Shown here piece after piece: positions 38,835-53,365 of a DNA stretch of 64,000 nucleotides (position 1 is the stretch's first letter; every line of letters begins with the position of its first letter). The DNA lies in the NCBI RefSeq assembly GCF_000150275.1, contig NW_002060945.1, positions 1,554,199 through 1,618,198 on the forward strand. The letters run 5' to 3'. A model generated the notes under the pieces. The model had not been told where the DNA came from, searched no databases, and saw only the letters and a list, made by a program, of their open reading frames with translations. Origin of the DNA: Trichoplax adhaerens. Its lineage: Eukaryota; Animalia; Placozoa. The position numbers and the translations under genes are program-made.

Positions 38835-41800
38835 ATGGCTTCTAGAGGGCAACCTCAACGTCCTAATGGTAGTGGACAATCTAAAATATGCCAATTCAAG
38901 TTGGTTTTATTAGGTAATTCATTTTTCTACGCGAAAGCGCTATTGTACCAAGAGGAGTTTTTTAAACGTGATATATAAATCCTAAAATCTACTATAAACA
39001 CACAGTATGTCAATAGCCGACGACAATCGTGTCTTTCGCAATATCGGAAGACGATACTCGATAAGTGAAATCTTCTTATCATCATACGAGTTGGAAGATT
39101 GCCTTCCTTTATGCGTAGCTTGATGCTTCCGCATTTGGATAGTACTCCCCCATTAAACTTCACGCTGATCGACAGAATGATGAACCATTTTCCCCATCAT
39201 ACTCATAACGTCCACTGCATATTGCAATCGTACCTTCATATTCATACGAATAATAACCAGCATAAATTTCGAAAGCATGCAACTGTCTGAATCGTATTAA
39301 TTCTATGCTTTCGTTATTTAATCATAATCAAATTTGAATATATTCTAGTCTAAGTGATGAATGAATATTTTACCACTACTATACTTTATTATCAGACGTA
39401 TGCAGTTCGAACTTGGAATACGTCTTCAACCTTAGTTCTATCGTGATGATCATAACTGTTATTTTAGTATGTTGTTTTATGTAAGTTCACGTGCGATATA
39501 GAGACTCTAGACTTTAGAGTGAAAGTTACGTTCCCATAGTGTTTAACGCTAGCATTTTTTATGACGTCACACTTAAAATTAAAACTGAAGACAACATTGA
39601 CTAGAGTATTGCATACTACAGCATACTACAGAATTGTATGAAAACAGTAAACATCCTGTCTCATCGATCTCAAACAAGCAAGGGGAATGGATCATGATGG
39701 CTGCACAAGATCAATCCTTTTTTAAATTTAATCGTTACTTACATTTACTGTACACCCATTTGGATGGTAAATTAAAAGATGTAATTGCTAGAAAAAGAAT
39801 TTTTCGCACTTTTTCTATCGGTGTACACATTACTATTTACCTTGATAAATAGCAAAAAGAAACTATTTCAGCATTGATTTTCCTCTTTTGCTTACTTGAT
39901 AATTTGTAAAATTTTAAATTTTATAAATTTATCCTATGTGAATTATAATATGTATAAATATTGCGAATTCTATCGGCCGAAATATCAGATGCCTCAGTAG
40001 CATGGGTGATATAAAAATTCGAATTATAAAGGTTCTGAATTTTATGAGTTTATCAAAGATAAATTATATTATCTTAAGCACGTATATTGCTCACTCGCAT
40101 AAGCTGGCCGGTAGTAAAATGTCATAAGGTACATGTTCTACTACTGTAGAATCAATTAAAAGTGACACTGAGAGTGGTTACATTTGTCTGATCATATTAT
40201 TCCAATTCGTATATTCTGCGATCTCAGCAATATAATTTCAATTTATTCTGCTAAAATTGTATAGGTGTGTCTACATGGCTTATAATGGCTATAATTTTTA
40301 AATAAACAGATAAATATTATATCTAGTGAAAGCTGCGTACAGTAATCGATTGGTCCTTAACGCATTGCATTCTTAGCAAAGACGAAAACATAAACTACTT
40401 GCAATTTTTATGCAGTGCGTGATCGTATTACGTAATATAAACCCGCTTAGAAGATATCTGTAGTTGAACTTAGAACGTTCTTATACAATACTTTAACTAT
40501 ATTTGGGGTTGCCCTCAAAACCTGTATTACTCATGGTCGGAATTACGTTCAATCGATTTAAATCACTCGCGGTAGACTTTTTATACGTATACAGGATATA
40601 AATTACACTATCGACAAGATTCTCTCGATAATGATTAAAATTAAAAATAACGTATAATAATCATTAACGGTTTATCCAAGTTTGATCCTGTAGCGTAATT
40701 TTATATACATGTATACAAGGGAATGAATTAATTTATGCGAGTTATGGTCGTTAAATTTACGCTATTACAAAATATGCGAATTCGAATACTTCAAATTGCC
40801 ATATAAGAAATATAAGCGGCGAAATTAACATAATATTGTGTATTTGATAGGTGAATCTGCTGTTGGCAAATCAAGCTTAGTCTTGCGATTTGTTAAAGGT
40901 CAATTCCAGGAATATCAAGAAAGTACTATAGGAGGTAAGAAAAGTTCTTCCATTTGGAGAAATTACACTATCCATGACACAAAGATGAAACTGATTTAAT
41001 TACTCAATTTAATCGAAAACATTACGTACTAAAATAATTCTACACTACTGAAAATATGTTAGACTAATGGTTGAAGTGTATAAACAATTTTAATCATAAC
41101 ATTAATGATATGATTATTACTTCTATATAGCTGCCTTCCTTACGCAGACGGTTTGTTTAGACGATGTTACTGTCAAATTTGAAATTTGGGATACAGCTGG
41201 ACAAGAAAATATCTTTTTGATACTTCCATGTTGCGATTCTGTTCTCTTAATTTATATCTACAATTATGAATAGATCAACTTTATAATTCAATTCCTTGAC
41301 AGCATTTTGTCGATATTTACGATATCATAGCTTGGCCCCTATGTACTATCGTGGAGCTCAGACTGCAATTGTTGTATATGATATATCCAACGCGGTAATA
41401 TATATAAAGCAATAGCGACACCATCGAATTTGAATACTAATAATTATTCCTATCCCAATCCATTGTAGGAATCATTTCAACGTGCAAAAGCATGGGTTAA
41501 GGAATTACAACGTCAAGCTAGCCCTAACATCGTAATCGCATTAGCTGGTAACAAGGCAGATTTGGCTAATAAAAGGATGGTTGATGCTGATGTAAGAGTT
41601 AAAATCAATAATCATAAATATTATGATTCAGTTTTCACGCTAAATATTATATCTACTGTATGATTAACCATAGGAGGCACAGGTTTACGCTGAAGAAAAT
41701 GGGCTATTGTTTATGGAAACCTCCGCTAAAACTGCTATGAATGTAAACGAAATATTTTTAGCTATCGGTAAGGACTACGTACTGAAAACCTCAACTAAGT

Positions 41801-41952
41801 GATCAAGTAATAATTTACAATCTTCTTTTTAAGCCAAAAAATTACCAAAATCTGAGCAAGGTGGTGGTGGCGCTGCTACTCAAGGTGGTGCGCGTGTTGT
41901 AGATATTAACAAACCTGCAAATAATTCTGGAGGAGGTGGTTGTTGTAAATAA
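38835..41952 (+). CDS. RAB5: Rab5 small GTPase, multi-exon
   Basis: [89 protein letters not shown]-terminal GGCCK* (prenylation motif). Confidence 0.97.
41209..41320 (+). other. U12-type AT-AC intron in RAB5
   Basis: caa gaa a|ATATCTTTT ... TTCCTTGAC (41292-41300) ... tttAC|ga tat cat. Removal gives the invariant GQERYHSL. Confidence 0.93.
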
Positions 41953-43268
41953 GTTATCAATGACGAAAGTACAAGGCTATCTATAGGGAGAGTAGATTGA
42001 CGATAAATTTATTTCATATGGACAGTTTGCCTTATGCTGTATAATTTTCTTTCTTCGAGTCTCGGTTTCATGTAGCGAATGGATAGCTATATACCTATTC
42101 CTGCGGATATTATAGTAAATCTACGGTGTTAGTGATAAAATAGGCAACCTAAAATTCGTATGCGTGCTTCACTTGAATGTATGGTTCTTCAATAACTAAT
42201 TAATTATATTAGATACTATAATAATACTGGAAGTGATGTTATAAACGGATTTTGCTATCTTACTACTAATTAAAGTAAACAGTCACACATACTATAAAAA
42301 TTGTAACAGGTAAGATCATACTTGTGCTATAGTTGTAAGTCCTACTGTTCAATATCAAATACCTATTGTAGTCATTACTAAAATTAAAATTTATAGTAGC
42401 GCTACCTTGACCTATTCTACGCATTTCATTACAATTAATATACTGTATGACTATCTTAATAGCTGTCTAATATGAAAGTGTATTACCCAATGTTGTTATT
42501 GGGCTTCTTAATTGTATATCGAAATTAAAGTTACATTTTTTTAATTGTCATTCAAATGTAAGTGTTGCCAAGAATCTTTCTACTGCCGTAAAAATTCAGT
42601 ATATTGTAACTGTCTCAATGTAATGATTGGTAATCTGATTAAGATACTGAGGAAATAAAATTGAATACCAAAAATTGGTACGTCACCCGTACTACTTATA
42701 AAAATAGTATACTTAACGTTAGGACAACAATATCAGATTCATAAATGGTGTTAGTATTTTATTTAATACTCGTTTGACCTTCATTGATCTAGCTCCTGAT
42801 GTACAGTAAATTAGATTCAGCTCGGAAAGAGTTGATAGTAACAATTTTAAATATGCCCGTAAATTAATATTGTACAGCGTAATTTTACTCTACTGTATAT
42901 CATGAAATAATATCCAATCGAAAAGTCTGGCCAGCGAGTCTTTAAGATTTGCTGACTTGTTAGATGTTATAATGATACGATAATAGATCCACAATAACGC
43001 ATTAACTGCATAGATGCATAGAGTTGCTATATCGATAGTAGCAAACAGCCCGCCTCAAACTACCGTATCATTGCCCATTATACAGTACAGAAGAAAGAAG
43101 GCATATGTAACTATACGATACATGCGCCCATGTATTCGCTAAATTGACATTACAATACTCAAATGTCGTTAAACATATCGTATTTACAGGAGTAGTTCAT
43201 GGCATTTAGTGATTCGCGTAATTACATAATTTCTTCATGTTGAATCGTATGCATAAAAATTGTTACTG

Positions 43269-44494
43269 CTATTTACCATCAACACCAAATATTATCTGAA
43301 ACATTTCACCTAAATCATGATCTTGTAAATATTGAGAAAATTGTCCCAAATCCATATGATAATTACGACCTCCATGAACACTAAAAGCTACTTCTTCAAA
43401 AGATGTAAACTTTCGCTGTAAAGTATAGCTATCTTCACGATGCCTTGAAGTAATTCTTTTCCAATTCAGCCGTCGCAACCTAGCGAAATAATCCGATACA
43501 GCTTTTTCGTCGCCTTCAACACACAAAACGCCTGGCTTTCCGGGGAGACAAAACCCTATGTAAATTGAATACGATTAACTTCAGCTAGTGGCTGTGATTT
43601 CAAAGACTGGATCTTATGAGAATTACTATATAAAATACAACTATAATCCAAATTCATATTATTTGTCCTCCAAAATGACAGCGCCTACAGTATGTTTTAT
43701 CTAACAGTGCAAGCGTTGTATATGAGCTCGATCAATTTAGACTAATAAGAAATCGAATAAGCAAAGGATCTACAATGACTGCTACAGACTTGCAGTATCA
43801 TGGTAGTATCGCTACACGTCAATACTCAGATCATAAAGACAACTGAAACGCAGTTAATGCACGTACTAATACAATTTTATATGAATTAGTAAATAAATTA
43901 TTTTTATTTACCAGTAAGATTTAGCTCCTCTGCCCATTCAACTATGACTTTACGCTTGGTTTTGCTGTAAATATGATGCATATACAATAATAATCGGCTT
44001 AATTTGTTATCGCTTTCCGCTGAGATGGGTTCTTTTGGCAATGTTTTACTTGTACAGGCTGCACTATGGCTGATATAATTTGATAAATTTTCCTGTATCC
44101 ACTGCAAAGTAGGTACAATGCATAATTCGCCAAGACCAATCAATTCATCAACATGTTCTCTTAACTTCGTATTAAGATCCTTTTGTTCATCTCTTTGTAG
44201 TATATCACATCTGACGAATACTTCCGGTGTAACACTCGGATACTCATGTGGAAAATTGCAATACAGTTCAATTAAAATTGGATCCTCAGTATCCAGACTG
44301 GCATCTTGCTCAATCCAGTTGATTTTAACAGTGAAAGCGATATTTACAGGAGCTGGTCCATCGTGATCGAGATAATTACGAACGTCTTGCACAATTAGCG
44401 GATTATCGAGCACGATTGCTCCTTCTTCAGGATACATTGCTTGCAACATTTCCATTTCGGATAATTGTAATTCTAAATTTTGTTCCATCATCAT
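43269..44494 (-). CDS. RWDD2: RWD domain-containing protein 2 (RWD plus DUF1115), 2 coding exons
   Basis: QLSEMEMLQAMYP, FPHEYPSVTPEVFVR, YMHHIYSKTKRK, LNLTG|FCLPGKPGVLCVEG, LRRLNWKRI, HMDLGQF. Confidence 0.9.
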
Positions 44495-44656
44495 ATACAG
44501 ACATCAAGAACTGATGACTACGTACTTCCAACTCGTTAGCGAAGTGATTTACTAGACAAAACAGTGAACTAATATGGCTATGCAATCAGTGCAATTAACA
44601 TGGTGAAGATATTTTATGATGGCATCCAATTAGTTACAGTCATCATAGACTACCAC

Positions 44657-44810
44657 TACTACAGTACATGGTGATGGTGTAGTACTGTACAATGTACAGT
44701 ACTCAGGTTTACAGTACCTGATTGTGACATACAGTACAGTACTGTACTGTACGGCACTGTACTGTACTGTACCTACAGTACAGTACACTGTAAGCAAGAA
44801 CACTACTGTA
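44657..44810. repeat. GTAC-N array upstream of RWDD2
   Basis: acagtacagtactgtactgtacggcactgtactgtactgtacctacagtacagtacactgta. Confidence 0.9.
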
Positions 44811-44879
44811 ATAATATCCCACTAAGGCCATGTTTGCGACATATTCCAGTTACCTACAGTATGTAAACTCTTCTCCAAA

Positions 44880-45190
44880 TTTGAATTTTCAATTAACTTG
44901 GAAGCCTACCTTCTTTTAAGCCCAAGATATTATTAGTTTCCTCTATAATTAAGTTTTCAAATGAATTTAAAAGCCTCGCATATTACGCTTGAAATTGTCT
45001 AGGCACAAGATATAGTTTAGCGATTATAATTAAGTTTTCCAATATATTTGCAAGCCTAGCAACTCATACTTGAAATTCGTCTACGAGTATTATATCCCGT
45101 ATAATTTTAATAGACATAATTCGTTTCCTCTAAAATTAAAATTTCCAATGAACAATAAATTAGAAACCTAGCATATTTCGCTTGAAACTG
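44880..45190. repeat. Degenerate ~80-bp tandem repeat (about 4 copies)
   Basis: Recurring tataattaagttttc(c)aa...aagcct(a/c)gca...cttgaaa(t/c)tg. Confidence 0.65.
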
Positions 45191-47080
45191 TATAATCCAA
45201 CGTATTATTATTATTTTCACGGAGAATGAATGTTATTAATTTTCGCTGTATTTTTATTTATAACCAATTCATGCTTCGAGATCACTAAGTTAATTTAAAT
45301 GAAAGATGTTACGAATTGACCGCTTCTACTTGAAAAACTACAAACCTACATATAGGGTTCTGAAAAATTGACCCTGATTGGCATGTGTCTAGTTATAGAT
45401 GAAGCTTGAGGCCATTAAGTTGAAGCTTAATGAAATAGAAGAATTGGTGTTACAAATTTCATATTTATGCTTATCAAATGACGAAGCTAAAGGTAAAGCC
45501 CTACGTTAGGCAAAAACTGACCCTAATTGAGAGATAACTAATTGCAGATCAGCTAGAGAGCAGAGATCATATCTTATTATAAAGCAATCAGGAATCAGTC
45601 ATCATTCTACCGTAAAATTTATATACTTATATTCTCGTACTAGTATAGTACGGTAAAAAATCTCTGACAACGTTCGAGAATTTCCTGAAATTATAACAAA
45701 CAATAACTTTCTTCTTCTGCTTTCTATTCACAATCAGTACGCGAATACAATCCAAAGCGGAACTAGTTTATATATAGTTCGTTTATACAAATTCAGAGAG
45801 GATGATTAAAAATGGTGCAAGAGCGACTAATTGCAATACAGGATATTTCTTAAATGCGATCCTTATAATTTTAAATGATATCAGCAAAAAGGAAGGGGCA
45901 TACGAAAATGCGAAGCACAAAGTAGTTCAAGAAAGTAAAAAAAATGGATGTCAGATACCACCACATTTATATTTCAAAAGGCATTAATTCACGGACAATA
46001 CTACAAAAGTAAGTGCTTTGAACTATTTCATGAGGCTAAATTTAGACCATACTTTCAATAACATACTTATATAAACTAAACGATGAGAAAGATTATTTAA
46101 CTGCTACTAGTACTAAGGTAGGCTAACCGCTGAGTAATAGGAAAGTAGCTTTCTATCGGCGCAGAGAAGTAAGTAATTAATGATATGTGTGGATTACTCG
46201 ATCGCGTTAATTTAACTTAAATTGAACAAGATATCCTATTATACGTACAACATCATCATCATTCCCTCTTCCCTTATTGTCACTGTATTGTCGTTATCAT
46301 AATTCAATATCCTAAAATTACAGTACGTGAATGCTTGACACTAGCTGTTATATTCAATGCTGATTTAGTCTTTATGCTCATCAATAAAACTAGATAAGAC
46401 AAGGGCTACATTCAACAATTTATTTTATTAAATGCATGTAAATTACAACTGTTCCTCGTGTAGTTCAGCAACAGCATGATGCCATGACTTTATTTGGAAT
46501 AGAAGAATATCCTAACAGACTATTATGACGTCAAAAAGTTCATTCAGTAACAGGTAGTAGTGCCGGCTCCTGACTGAATATAAATGATCAGTTTTACTTT
46601 GTTATGGAAATGACCAACGATGGAGATAGAGTGTAAGATAATGAGACTATCCGTGATTGACATGAGTCACAAGGTTATAGATGTCCATAATATACGCGTT
46701 TCGTATACGTATATATTGTTAGATTTATTCTTACTCGATCTATTCCATCACCTAGTGTTGTATCATACTTCCTTCTATTCATATATCATGTATTTGTTTT
46801 TATAGAATTAATCGCTTAGTGTTTTAATCTAGTTACCATCGATTAATTTCGTTTACATCATTAGTAGATCATATAAACTTATTGTAAACTAACGTATGAA
46901 TTTTGATATCCATGATGACTGAATCTCATATTAGAAGTATTTCAGTTACTATGGCAGTAAGACTGATGACAGCTGATACTTTAATATAAGATAGATTCGG
47001 TTTATTTCTAAATAAGTAACGTACACATTGACAACTACTTAACGCCAAAATTCAGTACATAATAAGTGACTGAAAAAAAT

Positions 47081-50000
47081 ATGGAGGGTGAATTGTTAAG
47101 TCCATTGCTTCTAGCATCAAAAAACGGCGACGTGCAACAAGTTAAACAACTATTGAGTACTGATCGTGATTTGATTGAACAACGAGATAAGGTTAGTAAG
47201 AAAATCGGTACTCGTTTATGGCTATATTTAATTATCACGTCAACAAAGTAAAGTGCAAGCTAATCGCTATCACTGATTGATGCTTAATCGTCTGCTCTAT
47301 TAACAACATTTACCAATGCAAACAGGAATGATAGACTGTGGTTATACTTACATGTCCAGTCCGATAGTAGTCCTTGTTACTACAAGATATCTTGATTAAA
47401 CTATCAAAAAAATTTAGCTATATATTGAATTTTATTACTAAGAGCTAAAGTTATACATTTGACAAGAGATGATATCTTGCTGGTTCTTAACATCTTCCCC
47501 TTTAATTTAAGTGAGTCATCACTCAGCTTATTTCACAGGAGGACATCACAGAATAATAATGCACTTAAGCGATGTTAAAAATAATGGAAATAAATGACTT
47601 AAAATGCTACCGGATTGATTTAATATTAAAATTAAATGTTAAACTTAATAGATCAACAAATATAACGCCAGTACTATCTTAGAAGAATATGTAGTAAATA
47701 GAAATATACCTTTCTTAATCTATGAAATTTTATCATTGTAAGAGATGTAAGAAATCTTTCTATTGATTTAACTTATTTCTGTATGTAATCTTCATAAAGC
47801 CTTAATTAGTAACATAATTGTCTAATGCCGAGTTGTTTACAATCTAAATGAAAATATTAGACAGATTTGTAATCCGTAATCGTTTTTAAATATGAAATAT
47901 GAAGTCAGTGTTAATCACTCATTTAGTTGTTTTAAACCAGTAAGGCTATACACGTTTATAGATTACTCACAGTTTTATAGACAATGAAAGTTAGCTTAGA
48001 ATAGTCTAGGAGTATATGTTAGCGTTATATTAGCGTCTCTGGACTCTTTATGAAAATAAGCCCCATTGCACGTATCACTCTTTAAATAACAAGTTATAAA
48101 GTGTATTTTAGAGAATTGCAGAAGGCTGAGTCAGAAAATGCCCGTAAATTGAGCTCTCCTTCGAAATAAACAACCCTGTTAACAACAATTTTTACACTGA
48201 TAGCCCAATGAGTCCTATAGTAAATCAATAAAAATTGAAATCTTAAAATGTGACAACTATAATCTCATAACCGCACTCATGTTATTTCTAGGATGGTCGT
48301 ACTGCCCTACATTGGGCAGCTCATAGCGGAAATGTCGAAACAATCCTCGTACTTTATAATTGTGATTGTAAACTGAATCTTACTACCAAGGTACAGCCTT
48401 TTATAAATCTTTAATGTTAACCTAAGTTTTCTGTAATAATAAGTAATGAATAAGTATTATATATACTAGTTTAATGATTAACTCCGTTTTCATTTAATTC
48501 GAAATTACATGGTAACAAATATCATCTACATTTTACTTTCAAATTAATTAGACTGGAATACAGCCATTACATGATGCGTGTTTAGCTGGAAACGTTAAAG
48601 CTGTACAGTTATTAATTGCTCTTGGTGTCGATCTGCAAGCTAAAATTAAGGTAAAGCAACAATTCTATATTGTGAATTACAAATCATTACAGGTTCTTAT
48701 TTTATTGCTCTGCATTTAATCTATAAATTCCATTGTCAGCATGGTTGGACTCCTCTTCTTTGTGCTGCTGGCAATGGATATCTAGATATTGTTCATCTAT
48801 TAATAAGTAGTGGCGTGGACGACGACCTGCAATCTACGGTAGGACGGCAATATGATATCAATTGCTAGAGAGTCGCCGCTTACGTAAAATATTGAATACT
48901 GAAAGCTAATCAGAAATTCCCTTTCCATTAGAAATGTGGTGTAAATGCTTTACATATCGCTGCTTGGACTGGTCAAGACGATATTGTAGAATTATTATTG
49001 AAGCTTGGTTATGATACCTCAATCAAAAGCCAAGTAATAATTTTACGTATAGGCCTTAATAAAATAAGTAATTGTAATTTGCATGCATATTTATTACTAA
49101 CCTATAAAATCATTTTTAACTTTATAGTCTGGTAAGAGCGCACTGGAAATGGCGGAAGAAGAAAATCATGAAGATTGCATAGAATTACTACGCAAACATC
49201 CTACCGAAAAGGTAAGCATTACCGTTCATAACATTAAAGTTTTATTCAGGAGACCCCTATATTGATGCTATTAAGTCCATACTACTATTTGGAATTATTA
49301 CCAGAACGTATTTAAGTATAATTTAGTTCTATCTATTGGAAATATCTTTATGTTTCGATTTCATAGAGTACATTATTTTGTAACATCATCATTCTATATT
49401 GTATTTTTACACTGCTTGAATGAATAATTAAATTTACCTAGTTTAGGTTAATAGATAATTTCTAATTTCGTTAAGTAAACTAAACCGACTATTTCAATTT
49501 CAACTCTACTATGCAATATACTTTACAAAATATTAGATCAGTATTTAACCACATATTTAGTATAATTAATACATAGCATATATACAGATGAATATCTTTG
49601 ATTCGTATCTACGAGTACATGTACGTATGCTCGGTATATTCTATTTCTAGTAATTTAATACGAGATTTTATTAACTTTGATCACATTTAGCATGATGGAG
49701 ATCATTCAGAATTACGAGCCGAAATTAAAAGACTAAAAACAAAATTAAAACGCTGTAAAGAAAAACTAAAACTGACACAATCGAATATGGAGGCAACTAT
49801 AACGAAAGAGAGAGAAAAATACGAAAATGAACTCCTCGATATGAAGAAAAAGCACCGCAATAAGATAAACGATTTGAAAAGTCAAATTCTTCAGTTACAA
49901 CATCAAATATCACTACAGCAGTCTTTGTATGATTCTCCAGCACTGAAGCGAAGCTCGTGGACTGGTACTGAAGCAAATATCTCAAATCAAGCCGAAATAC

Positions 50001-50602
50001 CACTAACTGTTGCCAGTACTCCAGCAAGTCCAACTGGTACATCACTGCGTCGACACCTATCTACACCACATGCAGATAGAATGAAATTCTTTTCACGAGA
50101 ACGTAAGTAAATTCATAGTGATTACTACCTCACTGTTAACTTATAATATGAAATCATGTACACTTAGCCAAGATTGTCTAAGTGCTTATACTATACAGTA
50201 CAATATTTGTTGTGTATACTAGTTTAATTAAACACATCTATGTAATATTATAATATAGGAGAGATGCAAAATTCTTACGAATCTTCCAATGATGAATCCG
50301 CAATACATGATATGTCTCCTATTAGACAAATGGCTAATTCAAAACAACGACCGTCTTTGACACAATTGCACATGGAATCATTATTGAATCCTGACTCTAT
50401 GGCTTATCTTCGCAAAGTTACTTTGAGAAATGGAAATAAAAACGGCTCTACAAGTCCGATGGGCTACAAGGTGGACAAAAGTCCTAAATTAGAATCAATT
50501 CTGAATGCTAACTCTCCATCCTTGCCCACGAAGCCCACACAAAATAAAATATTACCCCACATTTCGCATGAAGAAAATTCATCTCGAGATGACGACTTTT
50601 AG
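47081..50602 (+). CDS. Ankyrin-repeat (about 6) plus coiled-coil protein with Ser/Pro-rich tail, 8 exons
   Basis: SPLLLASKNGD, GRTALHWAAHSGN, GIQPLHDACLAGN, GWTPLLCAAGNG, GVNALHIAAWTG, GKSALEMA, then heptads ELRAEIKRLKTKLK...LKSQILQLQHQI. Confidence 0.8.
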
Positions 50603-52151
50603 TATGATATTGCTGTTTATAAACTATTCTTATGAATTTCTAAACGCAAATAATAGCAATTCTAAATGAAATTACATCAGCAAATGTACGCGTATATCCT
50701 CTGGATACCAAATTTTATACGAAGCTAATTTTCTTGCTATGAAGTACTAATGTATCTACTGCATAAATTATCATATTTGCGGGATATTCAAGGCACAGTT
50801 TATCGACTAAATGCCTTTTAATCGCAATAAATAACCATTAGGAAATGCCATTTTTAAAATTTTAAAATACTTTTACTTCGTTAAGAGCAAGGACGATATC
50901 ATAATTATTAACTGTATGCATGAATACTCAAAGATCTTTCTGCATCTAAATTGTAACGTTGTACGACAAGACAAAATTAATTATAGAATTTGTATAATAG
51001 TTTAAATCGGTTGATGTAGCGTTACTACAGATATTTCAGTAACTAAAATTATCCATCATATAGCTAGAGAAATTTTGATTATTCATTACTATACTAAAAT
51101 CAAATTCAAATTTCTTTACTTTCTATACCGTATGTTAATTATAATTGAATACCTGTCAAATCTATCCAGCTTTGTACTGTAGTACCTTCCGTAATGTGTT
51201 TATCTAGTTCTTAGTATTGAATGCTACTTATCTTGTTTGATTTGATTTTAGTGGCATCAATCTTGATATATATTTTTGTACTTACATAATACCATATTTG
51301 TATTTCCTTGAAGTACGAGGAAAAATAACAATGGATATTAGTTAAACTCGAATATCTTTGTCCTTTGCTTACGAAGGCAAGCTTAACTTTATTAATTGGA
51401 TTTATTTTATTTAATCCCCGACTTAATAATACTCTTCGACTGTAAGTAATCCTGGAGTTAATAGTTTTATTTCGGTGTATGTCGAGTAAATGTTCCTACT
51501 AAAGCGAGGCGTAAATCTCTTCCATTATCTTCGTGCAGCTGTGGTTAAAAACTTTAAAACTTTATCATGTGTACAGTACTCTCAAACAAAATTTGAAAAT
51601 TTTGTTTTTAAACTAGCTAGTAGCTATACCTGCACTTTGCATGCCTTGTTATATGTATTTTCATGACAATCATAGGCTATAGTACCGTAATAAGTTAAAT
51701 ACATTATGATCGGTTGTTTCGGTGCCAGCAAACATCAAGGAATATCGAAGGAAATAGTTAATGCATGAAAGTTGGTTTATTTAACAATCATGAAGAATAG
51801 AGTAGATACATTAGCCAGCCTAACATAATAGCAATCCATCGATAGTTTGTATCTTACATAGGAAGCATAAATATGCCAGAAAAGTGCAATTAACCAATAA
51901 TGATACGCGTATTACTAATAACGATGCAACAATTCTAATAGATGTACATAGAATTAACGAAATCATTGTACAAATTTTGCATATGTACAGACAGGCAATC
52001 CTTGATACTCTGGAATTAACATCGGTATGAGTCGTAGGCATCCAGTATTAGGGTTTCATGAATCCTGCAGTGTTGCGTTCTCCACTTCGTCGCACTTTAC
52101 CCCAAGTATTTCAACTACTATATCGACGATTGCATCTAATTGGCATAAGCT

Positions 52152-52465
52152 CTACTTGGACCTAGCCTTCATCTTTCTACGTTTACGTTTAAGCCTAATC
52201 AACAGAAGAGGCGCAATTTAATGCTTAAAAATACGGTATTAACGGTAGTGCTGTATTTTTAATTTCATAAGGTCTATATCGAATCTGTCGTTCCTTACCT
52301 TCGCATACGCTTTTTCTTCCACTAAAGTAAAAACAATACAAATTATACAGTTCATTAGCTTCTAATAAATTAGCGAGGTTAGCTAACTAGAATTGAACTA
52401 AACTATGTATAGTACACCATTATAATAGACTAATACGAGTAAAGTGGCGTTACCTTTTCCCTCAT
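52152..52465 (-). CDS. RPL41: Ribosomal protein eL41/eS32 (25 aa), 3 coding exons
   Basis: Exons 52454-52465, 52299-52321 and 52152-52194 with GT-AG sites translate to MREKWKKKRMRRLKRKRRKMKARSK*. Confidence 0.95.
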
Positions 52466-52755
52466 CTTCGGGTATGTAATAAAATTATAACACACCTATA
52501 TTAAAGAAAGTTCAAAAGTTAATTACGTATAGAAAATTGTTTATCAGTTAAGATCATAGAAAAAACAGATTTTTCGTTATATCATGACTTGATCATATAA
52601 TGAAAAAAATTCGTTTCATCAATTCTAGCAGTGGCAAGACCCACGGTAAAAATGCTCAAGTAGCACAGAACGCATGCTATCACTCTACCTTCAAAATGAC
52701 ACTTAAGAGAAAAATCAGCTATCCATTCTCATTCTACCGCGATTAAACATACATA

Positions 52756-52792
52756 TACAGTACTGTACAGTACAGGCCCTGAAAGTACAGTA
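52756..52792. repeat. Short GTAC-N array upstream of a candidate proximal RPL41 5' exon
   Basis: tacagtactgtacagtacagg...gtacagta. Confidence 0.75.
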
Positions 52793-53294
52793 AGTTTCAA
52801 CTTTTCAAATATCGTCAAAGTGACATAACGACAAAAGTTGAGGTTAACAACATGCAACCAGCTAGTGACCTTCGTTGAAGCGTATTACTATTAGTACAAG
52901 GTGTTCAAAAATATTAGAAAATTACAATATCCCATTCGCAATAGGTGAATTTCTCCATCAAAAAATAATTCTATAACTTCGGAAACCTAATGTTGAACTA
53001 AAAAAGGAGTAAACAACTGCTGACTGTGCCCTAAGGCCATGCTGAGCGAATTGGCATAAGATACAGTACTTGACCACTGTATGGTAGCGTGCGTACAAGA
53101 AAATGGAGCACATTGTAGAATTGGATTCAAAATGCAAATCGATGGCGATCGATCGCATACGCTACAATTTCAATTAAAAAATTTGTTTCCTAACACTCTT
53201 ACACTCCTTATACGTCCATTATGACATGCAAAATAAGATTTAATTACAAGATTTCATCAATTTTTTTCCGATCCAACACAACACCATCACTTAC

Positions 53295-53357
53295 CTAGAA
53301 CGTCAACGAAGAGGGAAGCCTAGAGAAACTCAATGCCACCTGCCTCCTCTTTATATA
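53295..53357 (-). promoter_or_regulatory. TATA box plus pyrimidine-rich (TCT/5'TOP-like) start and non-coding first exon, probably of RPL41
   Basis: Minus strand: TATATAAA (53357-53350), about 30 nt later tttctctaggcttccctcttc, then donor ctag|gtaagt at 53295/53294. Confidence 0.6.
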
Positions 53358-53365
53358 CCAAATCC

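Noticed and set aside
51470-51676. Two exon-like segments on the minus strand downstream of RPL41
   Set aside because: No start exon or recognisable protein, and they lie beyond a plausible RPL41 poly(A) signal at about 51780.
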